Shown here: piece after piece, positions 12,966-26,877 of the stretch | Layout of the letters: the number at the start of each line of letters is the position of its first letter | Position numbering within the stretch: position 1 is the first letter of the stretch | Assembly (NCBI RefSeq): GCF_006345805.1 | Contig: NC_042997.1 | Coordinates: 153,884,001-153,948,000 of the forward strand | DNA: 64,000 nucleotides | Source: Octopus sinensis | Lineage: Eukaryota | Direction: 5' to 3' | The notes under the pieces: generated by a model | The model's input: only the letters and a program-made list of their open reading frames with translations | Told to the model about the DNA's origin: nothing | Databases searched by the model: none | Position numbers and translations under genes: made by a program

Positions 12966-13219
12966 CATGTAAATGTATATTCTGGAATGTACTTGCATAG
13001 CAAGCGACCTATTCTGAGATCGTGTGCTGAAACAAAACAATTGCAGCAAGGAATTTTGTCAGTGAACAGGTCGCAGTCTCAAAACGACGAAAATATTTTG
13101 GCAAATTAAATTTAAATGTTGAAGTGAATTTAACGGTTTTTGTGTATTTTTAAATGGCATGTAAACACCTTCCACGCTGCAATTGTATATATTCTATAAA
13201 TAATAAAGACCTTTTCTCT

Positions 13220-13927
13220 TAAAGGCACGAGGCCTGAAATTTTTCGGGTGGTGGTGGTGGTGGAGCGGGGAATATTTGACTTCATTGACCCCAGTGTTTC
13301 ACTGGTATATAATTTATCGTCTCGGAAAGGATGAAAGGCAAAGTCGATCTCGGTGGAATTTGAACACAGAACGTAGCAACAGACGAAATACTGCTAAGTA
13401 TTTTGCCGGGCGTGCTAACGATCATGCCAGTTTGCCGCCTTTATAACTATAATAATAATAATCTTTTCTACTATAGGCACAGGACCTGAAATATGGGGGT
13501 GGGAACAGCCGGTTACATGGACCCCAGTGCTCCGCTGGTCCTTATTTTATTGACTCCTAAAGGATGAAAGGCAAAGTCAAGCTCGGCGGAATTTGAACTC
13601 AAAACGTAGTGACGGGTGAATACCTATTTCTTTACTACCCACAAGGGGCTAAAACCAGAGAGGACAACAAGGACAGACAGTCGGTTAAGTCGATTATATT
13701 GGACTCAGTGCGTAACTGGTACTTATTTAATCGACCCCGAAGGAGGAAAGGCAAAGTCGACCTCGGCGGAATTTGAACTCAGAACATGGCGGCAGACAAA
13801 ATACCGCTAATCATTTCGTCCGGCGTGCTAACGTTTCTGCCAGCTCGTCGGGTGAAATACCGTTAAGCATTTCACCGAGTATCTAGCGATTCTGCCAGCT
13901 CACCGCCATAATAATAATAATAATAAT

Positions 13928-13972
<45 letters not shown>

Positions 13973-14185
13973 AATAATAGTTTCAAATTTCGTCACAAGG
14001 GCAGCCATTTTGGGGGAGGAGATGAGTCGACTAGACAACATCGACCCCAGTGGTAAACTGGTACTTATTTTATCCTCTCCGAAAGGATGAAAGATAAAGA
14101 CGACCTCGGTGGAATTTGAATTCACAACGAAACACCGCTAAGCATTTTGACCGCGCGCAAACGATTCTGCTAGCTCGCCGCCCTA
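13220..14185 (-). mobile_element. Cluster of S1 SINE copies (head AAGGCGGCGAGCTGGCAGAA, B-box GTTCAAATTCC) with an (AAT)n spacer
   Basis: Repeated GGATGAAAGGCAAAGTCGACCTCGGCGGAATTTGAACTC cores; heads near 13441, 13850-13910 and 14183. Confidence 0.8.
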
Positions 14186-14186
14186 G

Positions 14187-14223
14187 TAATAATAATAACA
14201 ATAATAATAACAATAATAATAAC

Positions 14224-14275
<52 letters not shown>

Positions 14276-14277
14276 TA
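14187..14277. repeat. (AAT)n microsatellite
   Basis: Direct reading; poly-N ORF. Confidence 0.95.
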
Positions 14278-14597
14278 TTTACCTACGCTATGTCCAACGT
14301 GTCGATGCTCCTCTAAATGTGATGTTTCACAGATGGCTTCCTTTATCGTAAATATGATGCGATGTTTTATAGATAGACTACTATAATTTTGTTAAAACTT
14401 AGAGATGTTATTCATAAATTTCTGTATATAATCGGTTTATTACCTAACACTCCATTGTATTCTTTACGCGAAACTGATTGGTAAGACCAGCCGCGATGGA
14501 TATTTAATACTATACATTACGGGTAATTTACCTATTCTGCTGACAGATATACAAGTGCATCTTTTCCCTGACTTATGGTCTCTTAGACAACTCCGTC

Positions 14598-14631
<34 letters not shown>

Positions 14632-14644
14632 CGGTTTAGGATCA

Positions 14645-16325
14645 ATGAAATACTGAATGTGCAATACAAGAGTGTTTTCACCACTCCATTGGTGCACTTG
14701 CAAATAGCTATGCCTGATGTGTTCTTGGCCAACACAGCTCTACACAACGAAATGGGCTATTATTGATAGAGTCAATATAACGGTAACTGATGTGATATCG
14801 GCCATTGATGAAATGAGCTCAAACTCAACCACGGTCCCTGGTGGATTTCCTGCAATTCTACTAAAGAAATGCAAAGGGGCTCTAGCAAAACCACTTCAGA
14901 TTCTCTTCCAGAGCTTCCTAACAACTGGGAGACTTCTCAAAACGTTAAAGGAGGTAGCAAAGCAGATGCTAAAAATTATAGCCCTGTTTCTCTAACCACC
15001 TACGTCAGAAAAGTCATGGAACGCATTGTCATGAAGAAACTAATTGCGTTCCTTGAAGATAATGACATGCTTCTTGATACCCAGTATGGCTTTCGCTCAA
15101 GAAGAAGCTGCCTTACATAGCTTTTGCAGCACTATGACTGAGTTTTGAAACAATTAATGAATCACTCAAACGTGGATGTGATATATCTCGACTTTGCAAA
15201 GGCCTTTGATAAGGTTGATCATGGGATGATATATCACAAGCTACGGAGGCTTGGCATAGCCGGGAAACTCGGAGAGTGGTTGCATGACTTCTTAAAAGAT
15301 AGAAGCCAGGCTGTAGTAGCCAAAGGATCCCTCTCAAAGGAGACAGTAATAGAGAGTGGGATACTTCATGGAACTGTATTGGGGCCGCTGCTATTCATGG
15401 TGGCTCTTTCAGACATGTCATCAGTTATGCAGACAGCCACACTTACTTGTTATGCCGACGATACAAAAGTAGCACAAACAGTCAAGGAACCTTCTGATAC
15501 TAATCTTCTACCTAGATGCCATATATAAATGGGCCGAAGATAACAACATGCAATTTAATGCCGGCAAATACCAAGCCCTCCGCTACCAGCTAATTGGTGC
15601 TCAGAAGTCGCAACAACGATACTTTGGGCTAAAAGGATCGGCAATCCCAGAATCACATACGGTGCGTGATATCGGGATTGATATGAGCATTGAGGTCTCG
15701 TTTCACACGCATATCGCCAAGATGGTGGCAGCGTGCAGGCGAATGGTCGGATGGATTCTGAGAACCTTCAGAACGTGGGACCAGGAAACTATGCTGGTCC
15801 CATCGAGACATTTGTCCTCAGCCGTCTGGACTACTGCTCTTAACCGTGGCCACCCAACAGTGTGAGACTAATAGCGGAACTTGAGGCGGTTCGGCGATGT
15901 TATACAAGGAAGATAGCATCAATGGAACAGTTGAACTACTGGGAGAGACTGAAAGAGTTACGACTCTACTCCCTGGACCTAAGACGGGAGAGGTATGCAG
16001 TGATATGTGTGGAAGGTACTGGAGGGGCTGGCACCAAACTTTGGAATCGAAAGCTATACCAGACCCTAAACTGGACATCACTGTACTGTTTCAAAGGGCT
16101 CATCTGTCCCATCTAAAGTGAGAACCATGTACTGAAATAGCTTGGGATTCAAGGGCCCACAGCTATCTAACGCCTTGCCAAAACATCTAAGCATCCATTG
16201 TGTTGGAGTAGATGTTTTCAAGAGAGAACTTGACCTCTTGCTATGAAATGTCCTAGATGAACCAAATATCAAGGCATAAACTCAAAAGAGGGCAGCAGTG
16301 TCGAACTCCTTCCTTCACCAAAAGC
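14645..16325 (+). pseudogene. CR1-clade LINE reverse transcriptase, 5'-truncated and frameshifted
   Basis: Consecutive ORFs 14717-16116 give PGGFPAILLKKC, KNYSPVSLT...KVMERIV, QYGFRSRRSCLT, VDVIYLDFAKAFDKVDH, GTVLGPLLF, YADDT and LNYWERLKELRLYSL. Confidence 0.92.
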
Positions 16326-16565
16326 CAATCACATAAAATTGGTCATTTAGAAGGTGATAACATTGGCGGTGCCCCAGCATGGCCACAGACTTAAGGTTGA
16401 AACATATAAACGAATAAAAGAGTATATATATATATATATATATATACATACATGCATTTGTGTATGTGTATATGTGTGTATACACATATATATATATACC
16501 GTCCATACATACACACACATAGATACATACATAAATACATGCATATGTGTATGTGGACGTGTGTG

Positions 16566-16660
<95 letters not shown>

Positions 16661-17339
16661 TTTGAGGATTGTTAACTTTGATGCCATTACATGTGAATTT
16701 GCATCATTCTCATTTTCTTGACGCATTGAAGCATTACGTCGAAAGATTTCCGCATTTTTGAAATTTTTTTTTTATATGTACGAGAGTTTTATCGTTTTTC
16801 GTCGTTCCAACTGGAAAGCATAGAAAATATCTCACAATCCTTAATTCGTATATAGTGTTTTGACTTATTCTAAAGTATGTAAAGAAGGCTTGGTTTAAAT
16901 GAGGCGATCTTTGTAACGTATGCACAATCTCGTTGTGTTTTCCTGTGATAGTTAATATCGTTCCTTTTGTTTAAGCCAGATTTAGAGATGCATGTGATTT
17001 CGACTTTAGCATTGTCCCTTTTATCTATTTATTTATCAATTTATTTATCTATGTATTTATTTATTTATCTGTTTATTTATTCATTTATTCATTCATTTAT
17101 CTTTTACTTGTCTCAGTCGCTAGACAACAGTTATGTTGGGGCGCCGCCTTGAAGAGTATTGTCGAACAAATCGACCGCAGTACTTGTTTTTCTTTTGTAC
17201 TTATTCTATCAGTCTCTTGCTAGGTTACGAGGAAGTAAACAAACTGACGCCGGTTGTCAAGAAGTAGAAACACAACACAAACACACACACACACAAACAA
17301 ACAAACATACAGACACACACACATACAAACACAGATACG

Positions 17340-17990
17340 ACGGGCTTCTTTTAGTTTCCTATTTCTTTACTACCCACAAGGGGCTAAACGCAGAGAGGAT
17401 AAACAAGGACAGACAAACGGTTTAAGTCGATTATATCGACCCCAGTGCATCACTGGTCCTTAATTTATCGACCCTGAAAGGATGAAAGGCAAAGTCGACC
17501 TCGGCGGAATTTGAACTCAGAACGTAGCGGCAGACGAAATACCTATTTCTTTACTACCCACAAGGGGCTAAACACAGAGAGGACAAACAAGGAGTGCATA
17601 ACTGGTCCTTAATCTATCGACCCCAAAAGGATGAAAGGCAAAGTCGACCTCGGCGGAATTTGAAGCGGCAGACGAAATACTTATTTCTTTACAACCCACA
17701 AGGGGCTAAACGCAGAGAGGATAAACAAGGACAGACAAACGGTTTAAGTCGATTATATCGACCCCAGTGCATCACTGGTCCTTAATTTATCGACCCTGAA
17801 AGGATGAAAGGCAAAGTCGACCTCGGCGGAATTTGAACTCAGAACGTAGCGGCAGACGAAATACCTATTTCTTTACTACCCACAAGGGGCTAAACACAGA
17901 GAGGACAAACAAGGAGTGCATAACTGGTCCTTAATTTATCGACCCCGAAAGGATGAAAGGCAATGTCGACCTCGGCGGAATTTAATTGCG
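17340..17990 (-). mobile_element. Tandem array of four headless S1 SINE units
   Basis: Unit CTATTTCTTTACTACCCACAAGGGGCTAAAC...GACCTCGGCGGAATTT is repeated; units alternate long/short, so a dimer is duplicated. Confidence 0.85.
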
Positions 17991-18628
17991 ATTAACAAAA
18001 CTCCAAGCAGGTCATTGTTTAATGAATATGGTGCATTGTCTTCTCCTATTACATCAAAGCTAAAAGACAGAGTCAAGCGTACGTGTGTGTTTGTGTGTGT
18101 GGATGGAGAGGTTGGTTGTGTATGCGTTTCGTCCAGGAGCATGTTGTTTGTGCAAAAAAGGCAATCATAGAGATTAAATTATTTAATTTACTGTATTATA
18201 ATACTAGATATATAAATGTTAAATGCCGTTAAAAATGTAAGTAAATGAATAAAATTGGTCTAACCCCTTATATGTGTGACCTGATTTTGTATGACAAAAA
18301 TTGGTGCGAGCAAATTTATATGCGCACCTGAATTAATATACCACATGCCGTATTTATTCATGTTTAATATGCAATTGTATATAAAAATCTCAGAAAATAT
18401 ATTGCGTATATAACACAGACTGTATAGCGGTGCTAAAATAATTGCAATTTTTTATTTTGTTTTGCATTCATTTGACCAAATCCACAACTACTTTGGCACC
18501 ACACTGGTTCTCATATATAATGCAGGTCCCAAACATAAAAGTTTTAAATTTAGCGGGGAAAGCGTGTATTATATAAATTATATACATCCATGCATACATA
18601 TATATATGTGTGTGTGTGTATGTGTATA

Positions 18629-18693
<65 letters not shown>

Positions 18694-18724
18694 TTAACAA
18701 TTCACACTAACGACTTTTATTACT

Positions 18725-18885
18725 TTTATTCCTACCTCATTCATCTAATTGTATATATCCTTTTCATAAAAAGCCTTTACTTATTTTTGATTTCCAATGT
18801 GCATTTTCGCTTATTTTTCTCCTTACTTTCCCCTTACATTTCCTCGTGTAGTTTCTATTTTCCTTTCGTAACATATTTCTATTAT
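18725..18885. repeat. Unclassified interspersed repeat, homologous to 53420-53572
   Basis: Shared CTACCTCA..CATCTAA.TGTATATAT...AATGTGCATTTTCG...CCCTTACATTTCC.CGTG...TTTCGTAACATATTTCTA. Confidence 0.6.
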
Positions 18886-19014
18886 ACACACACACACACA
18901 CACACACACACAACACACACACACACACATATATATATATATTTATATAATATAATATAAATATATGCAGGTATACATATATACATGTATATGTATATAT
19001 ACATATGAATACGA

Positions 19015-20831
19015 AGATTAATACATCTGCATATATTTTTATTTCTACTATCAGTTATACAGCATATCGCTTTTAAATGTATCTGAACACACGCTTCTGT
19101 TACGTAGTCAACTAGCAATTGCACTTGCACCAGTTACTTTAGACTGGTTATAAGTCTATGCAACTTCATTCAGAGTCTGCCCACTGTGTATGTAGGTTTA
19201 GCTATCGTTATTTTGTTAAGTTACTATAGTTTTTCAGTGCAAAGATGTGAGAGGAAGATTTGGAGACCTGGTGCGGCTATAAAAATTGTTATAGGGTTGA
19301 CTTTATCCTGACCTTAGGTTTGAAGTTCGAATTGAGAATGCTAGACATTTAATTGGGTCAAAGAATATTTTTAAAGCCCTAGCCTAAGGTGGATTGTGAG
19401 TTAGTGATGCTCAGATATTATGCACAATTACTGGTTAGTAATTCAGATATGCAGTGGATATTGCAAGCATGAAGTGGATTCGATCCACCATAGCAAAATT
19501 TAAATTAACACAGCAACAGAACTTTTCCCACGGTGAAACAATGGTTTTTCTCTGACGGCAGATTGCCTTTAGCTAGGCCGAAATAATGTCTTCACCACTT
19601 GCCTTTATAACCTATCTCTTCTACTTCACCAAAAGCTAGAATAGAGATAACAAGACCACCAACTAAATCTATTGTTCTCAATGATATATCTATCCTTATG
19701 GATGGTTATAAAAGTAAGCACACCCCAAGCAAAAATCAGTTAGTCACAGTCGGTGACCACTCAACCAGTTAGTCACTTTGGTGACAACGAAGTCTGACTG
19801 ACCAGCTACAACCTTGATCAGAGGGAGAAATGAAGTTTACTGTCAGCAACTGTGAGACAACACTCTACAACCCTCACTAGCTCTAATTCAGTTCTCTTAC
19901 AACATCATTCTATCTCTCTCCGCAGTTACTACTAAACAATGAAGAGAACATGAACACAAAATTTACTTTGTGATTTATCATAACCTGCCCGTCGAGGAAA
20001 GGTATTGTAAGGTAACGGTAAATAAATACTTCCTTAAAACTTCATGCATTGTCCATCTTTCACATCTTACAACTTGCCGTCATAACAACAAAAAAGTATG
20101 AGATACGTGGAACTTAACTTGTGAGGCCAATTCGAAATTTTTCCGTGTATAAATCAAGTTTTAAGTTACATGCAGTTCCGTCTTCCTACATGTGTTACAA
20201 GTATTTCTAAAGATATGTTTTTTAGTTATGGAGAATACTGATTACTAATTGATGTAGGCATACCAGATATCTAGCTTGCTCATCCCAAGTATCAGTATTC
20301 TCTATAACTAAAAATACATATCTTTAAAATTTCTTGCAACACATATCTCGACGGAACTACATGTAGTTTAAAATTGATTTATACAAAGACATAAATTTCT
20401 AATTGGCTTCACAAGCAAGTTCTACGTAACTCATATATTTAATTATATCTGAACTACTAACTAGTAATTGTGCACATTATCTGAATATCATTAATTCATA
20501 ATTCATCCTAAGGCTAGGGTTATCAAAAAATATTCTTTGACCTAATTAAAGGTCTACTATTCTCAATTCGAACTTCAAACCTTTGCACTGAAAAACTATA
20601 GTAACCTAACAAAATAACGATAGCTAAACCTACATACACTTAGTTCGCTTCAAACCACGCCAGTGAGCGGACTTTGAATGAAGTTGCATAGACTTATAAG
20701 GAGTCTAAAGCAACTGATGCAAATGTAATTGTAAGTTGTCTATGCAGCAGAATCGTGCATTAGACTCATTTAAAAGAAATATGCTGCATAATTGGTAGTA
20801 GAAATAAAAATACATGCAGATGTACTAATCT
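19015..20831. repeat. Large imperfect palindrome with an insertion in its left arm
   Basis: 20281-20831 is the reverse complement of 20097-20254 plus 19015-19450; central loop 20255-20280. Confidence 0.85.
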
Positions 20832-21934
20832 CTGTACGCATTGCAATTGGCTTAGATATACACTCGATAAAATATTTATAATCCAACGAAGCGAACCTTG
20901 GATTTACCTATTAGATGAAATACTGTGGAGTTGTTTACCTACGTGTTCCATACAACTTGATGCGGTTAGTCATAACCTATATCATAACTGAATGCTCGTA
21001 CGGTATCCGCCCGGATACTATATCGCTATCTAATCTCTCTCTGTATGTGTGTGTGCATGTGTCTGTTTGTGTGTGTGTGTAAATTAAAAGGTTCGTGAGA
21101 ACTTCGATCGCCGTGACTTGTGACCTTTTGATCAAGGTTTGCATTAAAGTTCGGCACATGGAACGTTAAAGTACATAAAAGATCAGAATTAATCAGTGGC
21201 AAGCGATGGAACTCGCAACTATCTGCGTCGACAAAGACGAATTCTTCCTTAACTTTTTTATATGTCGGAAATTATTTGTTTTCCCCGGAAAGTTTGTAAC
21301 TTAAAAGTCAGTACTTTTTGTACAATATAGTACTTTCCAGTTGCGTAAAGTCTAACCGATAAAATAATACCAGCTTGACCGGATATTTTATTTTTTTTTT
21401 AAATGATCTACAACTTTACTTTATTTTCCGGTTATTGTGAATCACTCCATTGCCACTCCTACATTCACATATAGGATTTCTCCCTCGAATTGCAAAATGC
21501 TAAAAGAGAGACACGAATCTAATTAAACCAGTCATAAAAAGGACCGCCGAGAAGCTAATTATCGTCTTTGTTTTTGTTAATATATTCTTATTATAACTGA
21601 GTTTACGTTTGAACCTGAAACCAAAGCCATGCAATCATTCCTTACTCTAACTATTTATTACACCCTCCTTACATAAGTCAAACACTAATCCATCTCATAC
21701 GTAAATCAACCATCTGAAGTAATAATCTCCATCTGAAGTAATAAAACAGAAATAACCTCACTCTCTTACACTACTCATAACACTGGCGGAATGAAACAGA
21801 ATATGTAAGTTAACACTTGTCCGACACCACTTCCAGTCACGTGAGTGACAAGAAATTGTCCGAGTCGGAAACCCTGAGGATTACATTCCGAATGTTCTAG
21901 ATGAGTGCTGCGCACCACCAAATAATTTCTTATC

Positions 21935-22140
21935 TTTTATCTTTTTTTACTTGTTTCAATCTTTGGACTGCGGCCGTGCTGGAGCACCGCATTGAGAAGT
22001 TTAGTCGTACTAATCGACCCTAGTACGCGTACTTACTTTGAAGTCAGGTACTTACTCTATCAGTTTCTTTTTGCTGAACCACAAAGTTACGGGGACGTAA
22101 ACAAACAAACATAGGCTGTGAAACAGTGTGGGTACATAAA
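21935..22140 (-). mobile_element. S4 SINE 3' portion
   Basis: TTTTACTTGTTTCA...GACTGCGGCCGTGCTGGAGCACCGC matches the reverse complement of the S4 tail. Confidence 0.7.
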
Positions 22141-22162
22141 CACAATGACACAACCCAACACA

Positions 22163-22202
<40 letters not shown>

Positions 22203-22365
22203 AAATAAGGGGCTTAAGTTCATAGGTGATCTAAACGATTAGGACGCTAGGTAATTACGGTAACGGATTATTAGGCCTCCAAGGTTATAGCCGAGACGAT
22301 AGCTATGGAGCCATTGCAGATTTCCGATATAGCGGATATATAATTGTTAAAGAGGACAACAAACT

Positions 22366-22757
22366 TTAAGGCAAGGCAATCATCTCAAGTTATATACATC
22401 ATTATTATTAGAAAAAAATTCAAAGTCTTACAGCTGTTTCTGGGATATCCCAGAGTACGGGATATTCCGTCGTCGGAGACAAATAGGGGAAATGAGAAGG
22501 GTATAGATTAATGAAGTGACGATATAGATGACAGGAGTAAAAGAATATGCTTCTTTTTTGTTGTCTTCATCTCTTTATTCCTTCCCTCCTTTCCCCTATG
22601 TCGTCATTTCGTTAATCTATACCCTTCTCATTTTGCCTATTAGTCTCCGACGACGGAATATCCCATACTCTGGGATATCCCAGAAACAGCTGTTAAACTT
22701 TGATTTTTTTTCCAATGATAATAATGTATATAACTTGAGATGTTTGCCTTGCCTTAA
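22366..22757. repeat. Inverted repeat with 162-bp arms, each carrying a hammerhead-like core (Penelope-like terminus)
   Basis: Arms 22366-22527 and 22596-22757; CCGACGA-stem-GAAACAGCTGT at 22647-22693 and its inverted counterpart in the left arm. Confidence 0.8.
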
Positions 22758-22781
22758 CGTTTGTGTGTATACATACATACA

Positions 22782-23227
<446 letters not shown>

Positions 23228-23301
23228 AATATTTTACTATAAAATCGATTTAATCCTAAATCTGATTTTTTCCCTGTAAATTTGGATTTATTCCCTAATA
23301 T

Positions 23302-23358
<57 letters not shown>

Positions 23359-24104
23359 ACAATTAAAAGGGTGGCTTATTAGCATTTATTTTGTACATTG
23401 ATTAGATCTGGCTTAATTTATTCTGCCTTCCAAGAACTCAAATTGTAAGATATCGCAAGGAATCTCGTTAGTCACTGTAACAATTCTGCCAATCCACCTC
23501 TCTGGACTCATACTTTGTTTTACCAACCCTTGAAAAGATGAACAGCAAAGTTAGCTACGACATGTTTTGAACTCTGAGCAGAAGTAAGAACCCAGAACTA
23601 ATATGACAAGGTATTTTGCCCAACGCGCCAACGATTCTACAAGTTTATTACCACGAAGAGCATGCATGTTAAACAATCAAAACTTGCTGATAGATGGAAA
23701 AGCATGATAATGTCTGATCTTTCGTGGCAAGAACACGTTTGCAAATTTGAAAGAAAGGGATAAACACACATCGAAGGCTCGGCTTCCTCTTCAGAATCAG
23801 AAATGGCGACCCGCATTAGAATATTGAGAGAGTACAGCTGTTACATATGCTAACATTCTAGACCGCACCTTGGTAATAAATAAAATGAATAAATGAAATA
23901 AATATATTAAATGAAATAAATGAAATAAATGTGAGTCCATCCGACGACCACTTGACAGAGATTCATTCCTCAACACAGTATGAAGTCTATCTCACACACT
24001 ACACTCACAATTTCATTTTTTATCGCCTTCTAAATTTAGTTAGTACTCACACAACTCCTCTTACTAATCGTCTCTGTCGTCACCCTGTCACCTACTTTTC
24101 AGTT

Positions 24105-24295
24105 ATTCTTTTATTCTTTTACTTGCTTCAGTCATTGCGTTGCGGCCATGCTGGGGCATCGACTTCGAGTGTTGACTTGATCAAATTAAACCCCAACACT
24201 TTTAAACTCGGTATTTATTCTGTCGCTCTCTTTTTGGCAGACCAACAAATTATAAGGACGTAACCAACACCAGTTGTCAAGGGATGAGAAACAAG
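24105..24295 (-). mobile_element. S4 SINE 3' portion followed by a (CA)n/(CG)n microsatellite
   Basis: TTTTACTTGCTTCAGTCATT...GCGGCCATGCTGGGGCA. Confidence 0.7.
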
Positions 24296-24384
24296 CACAG
24301 TTACACGCAGACACACGTACACACAAACACACACACACACACACACAACACACACGTACACACACACACACACACACACGTACA

Positions 24385-24415
<31 letters not shown>

Positions 24416-24689
24416 GCGCGCGCGTTTCGGCACGCTTCAGCGCAGTTTTCGTCAACCAGCTTCCCTTCATAAGGGATGGGTTGAACCATTTATAGTAAAA
24501 GAGTCATACATAAGGTGCTGCACTGTTGAATTGAACCCCAAGCCTACGCAGCAATGTGTGAGTCTAATCTTTCAGTCTTCCAGATGGCATTCCACAGCAC
24601 TGGGACCCTTCCCACCTTTCCTTACCAATGTCTTCCTTACACGCATCAGCTTGCAGAGGTTGACCGTGAATATAACTTTAGAACAACAT

Positions 24690-24740
24690 AAACAACAACA
24701 ACAACAACAACAGCAGCAGCAGCAGCAGCAACAACAACAA
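24690..24740. repeat. (CAA)n(CAG)n microsatellite
   Basis: Direct reading; the flanks of the polyQ ORF are not protein-like. Confidence 0.85.
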
Positions 24741-25879
24741 CTCAGTACGCTTGTGTCACATAGCCAACTGGAAACGGTGTTTCCTGGGGCTAAATAGCAG
24801 AAGCATTCCTCCCTTTACTGGGACTGCCACATTAAGTTGGCAACAAACCATCATTTATCATGCTGTTACTGTATAAATCTCTCTGAGAGATTTAGAAATG
24901 TAATATTTTTAATATTATTAATATTTTTTAAATACATTTCTTTATAGTACAACTTATATTCTCTTCGTTGCTTGGTATGTCGTTTTAGATATTGCTAATG
25001 ATTTCCTAAAAATTAATATTATTAATATTTTTTAAAATACATTTCTTTATTGTACAGCTTATAATAAGATACTAGCTGCTGTTCAGTATCTCTCTGTATG
25101 GTAATAAACAAATATTTTCTTTGATTTCCATTCAATCCCTTCGGCAGAAATAACTGTTTTTACAACCCTACTAAAATTAAATCTAATTAACTCTGTTTGT
25201 AGCTGTTCTCTTAAATCGCTAAAAAAACAACTTTTTCTTAGCCTGAAGCATTCTTGGTTTATTATTCTTGTCGAGATGGTCAATCTTCTCTCGTCATTCT
25301 ATAACAAAATGCTTCCTCGATTTCAGTTTGCATATACTTTTATTGCAATTTAGTTTTATATCTATTAACAAGTGATTTACTTTACTTTTTTTCTCTATAA
25401 GCAACAGTCTTTTGATAATTAGTAAATAATTAAATAAAATGTCACTATTTGAACCTGCATACAACTTGATTTTAATATGGTTTTCTTAGTGTATTTATTT
25501 AAATTATTACCCTATTTGACTCGTAAAATAATGTCTTAATATTTTTCATTCTCTTTTAAATTAATACTCTACATGTTTTCTCCATCTTTATAACAATAAA
25601 TCACTAACAATATATCAGTAAAGATATTTATCCTGTTCTGTCGTTAATGTAAACAATACTAATCATACATATCCACAAAGACATATAATATATTAAAACT
25701 ATGTAAACTTCGTGCATTTTCCTTCTTTTACTTTATATATATTTTTTTTTCCATTCTAACTCACCACGTGGGGGTAATCGAAATACTCTTCCTCTCTTTT
25801 CTAACTCTACACTTCTTCATTTGGCCGAACTTGTTCTTTCCCTCAACTGATTCTCGTTCACTGGGAAGTTTTACCTACA

Positions 25880-26208
25880 GATTCGGGAGTGGCCATGGGA
25901 AAGAGAATGTGACCCAGCTATGCGAACCTGTTTGTTGCCTACGTTGAGGCCCACAATTCTCAGAATTCACTGGTCCTACTCCCGAACTATACAGTCGTTA
26001 CCTCGATGACTGTATCGGTGTGACCTCACTCACCCGCGAACAAATGGATTACTTCCTCTCCTTTGTCCAATCCTTCCATCCGGCCATCGAATTCTCTTGC
26101 ACTATCTCTCTTTCGTTGAATTTCTCGACATTTCTGTCAGCATACATCACTCCGCTCTCACGACCTCTATCCACTACAAATACACTAACTCACACTTCTA
26201 CCTTAACT
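25880..26208 (+). pseudogene. Penelope-like element RT core fragment
   Basis: Frames read GVAMGKRM*PSYANLFVAYVE, PELYSRYLDDCIG, FVQSFHPAIEFS and FLDISV...SIHYK: PLE RT motifs 4-7. Confidence 0.82.
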
Positions 26209-26856
26209 TAGGTGTCAATTTGAGAACAGTGCAATCTGAAGACATGTACTGAGAGTGATAAAAATCAAACATTCAGTCAATATTATGGTGTTTGGAGTGA
26301 TCACCAGTGATGGCGTCGTTATGCCTCCATTCATCTTTTCACACGGCCCCAGACTCAACACAGAGGCCTCCATCAAGTGCCTAGAAGAGGTAGTGCTGCC
26401 CTGGGTCAAGAAGGTGGCTGCTGGAAGAGCCTATATTAGGCAACAGGACTCTGCACCATACAACGCAAACAGGAGAATCCAGTCATAGCTGTCAGACAAT
26501 TTCAGCGACCACATAACCCCTATCTGGCCACCCAGCTTCCCACACTGCAACCCCCTTGAATATTATGTGTGGGGCGCAGTTGAGTGAGAGACCAACAAAA
26601 CTCCTTGTAGCTGAAGGCAATTATTACAGCAGCATTTACCAACTTAAACAAAGGAACCGTCCTGAAGAGTTGCTGGAGATTACGAAGTCGTCTGGAGTCG
26701 GTGGTTGAGGCCAATGGCGATTTTATTGAATAAATTTACTCTTTAATATTTCAAGATATTTTAATATAATTTTGGTAAATATATCTGTTAAAATAAGATG
26801 TCAGTGTTATTTTCATTTTTGAGTAATTTAGACGACAATGTATTCTGTGCACCCTG
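26209..26856 (+). mobile_element. Tc1/mariner DD37D (maT/Bmmar1-like) transposase fragment with right TIR
   Basis: KHSVNIMVFGVITSDG..MPPFIF, RQQDSAPY and IWPPSFPHCNPLEYYVWGAV; ends CACCCTG|TA at 26856. Confidence 0.85.
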
Positions 26857-26877
26857 TATATATATATATACACACAC

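Noticed and set aside
17340-17990. Regular repeat array resembling CRISPR
   Set aside because: The units are ~120-165-bp SINE bodies with no unique spacers or cas genes, in a eukaryotic context.
19926-20001. Possible plus-strand exon (TCTCTCCGCAG acceptor, AAG|GTATTG donor) inside the palindrome insertion
   Set aside because: Weak donor, unrecognisable peptide and no partner exons.
24531-24797. PolyQ-containing ORF
   Set aside because: A CAA/CAG microsatellite in non-coding, repeat-like flanks with no splice support.
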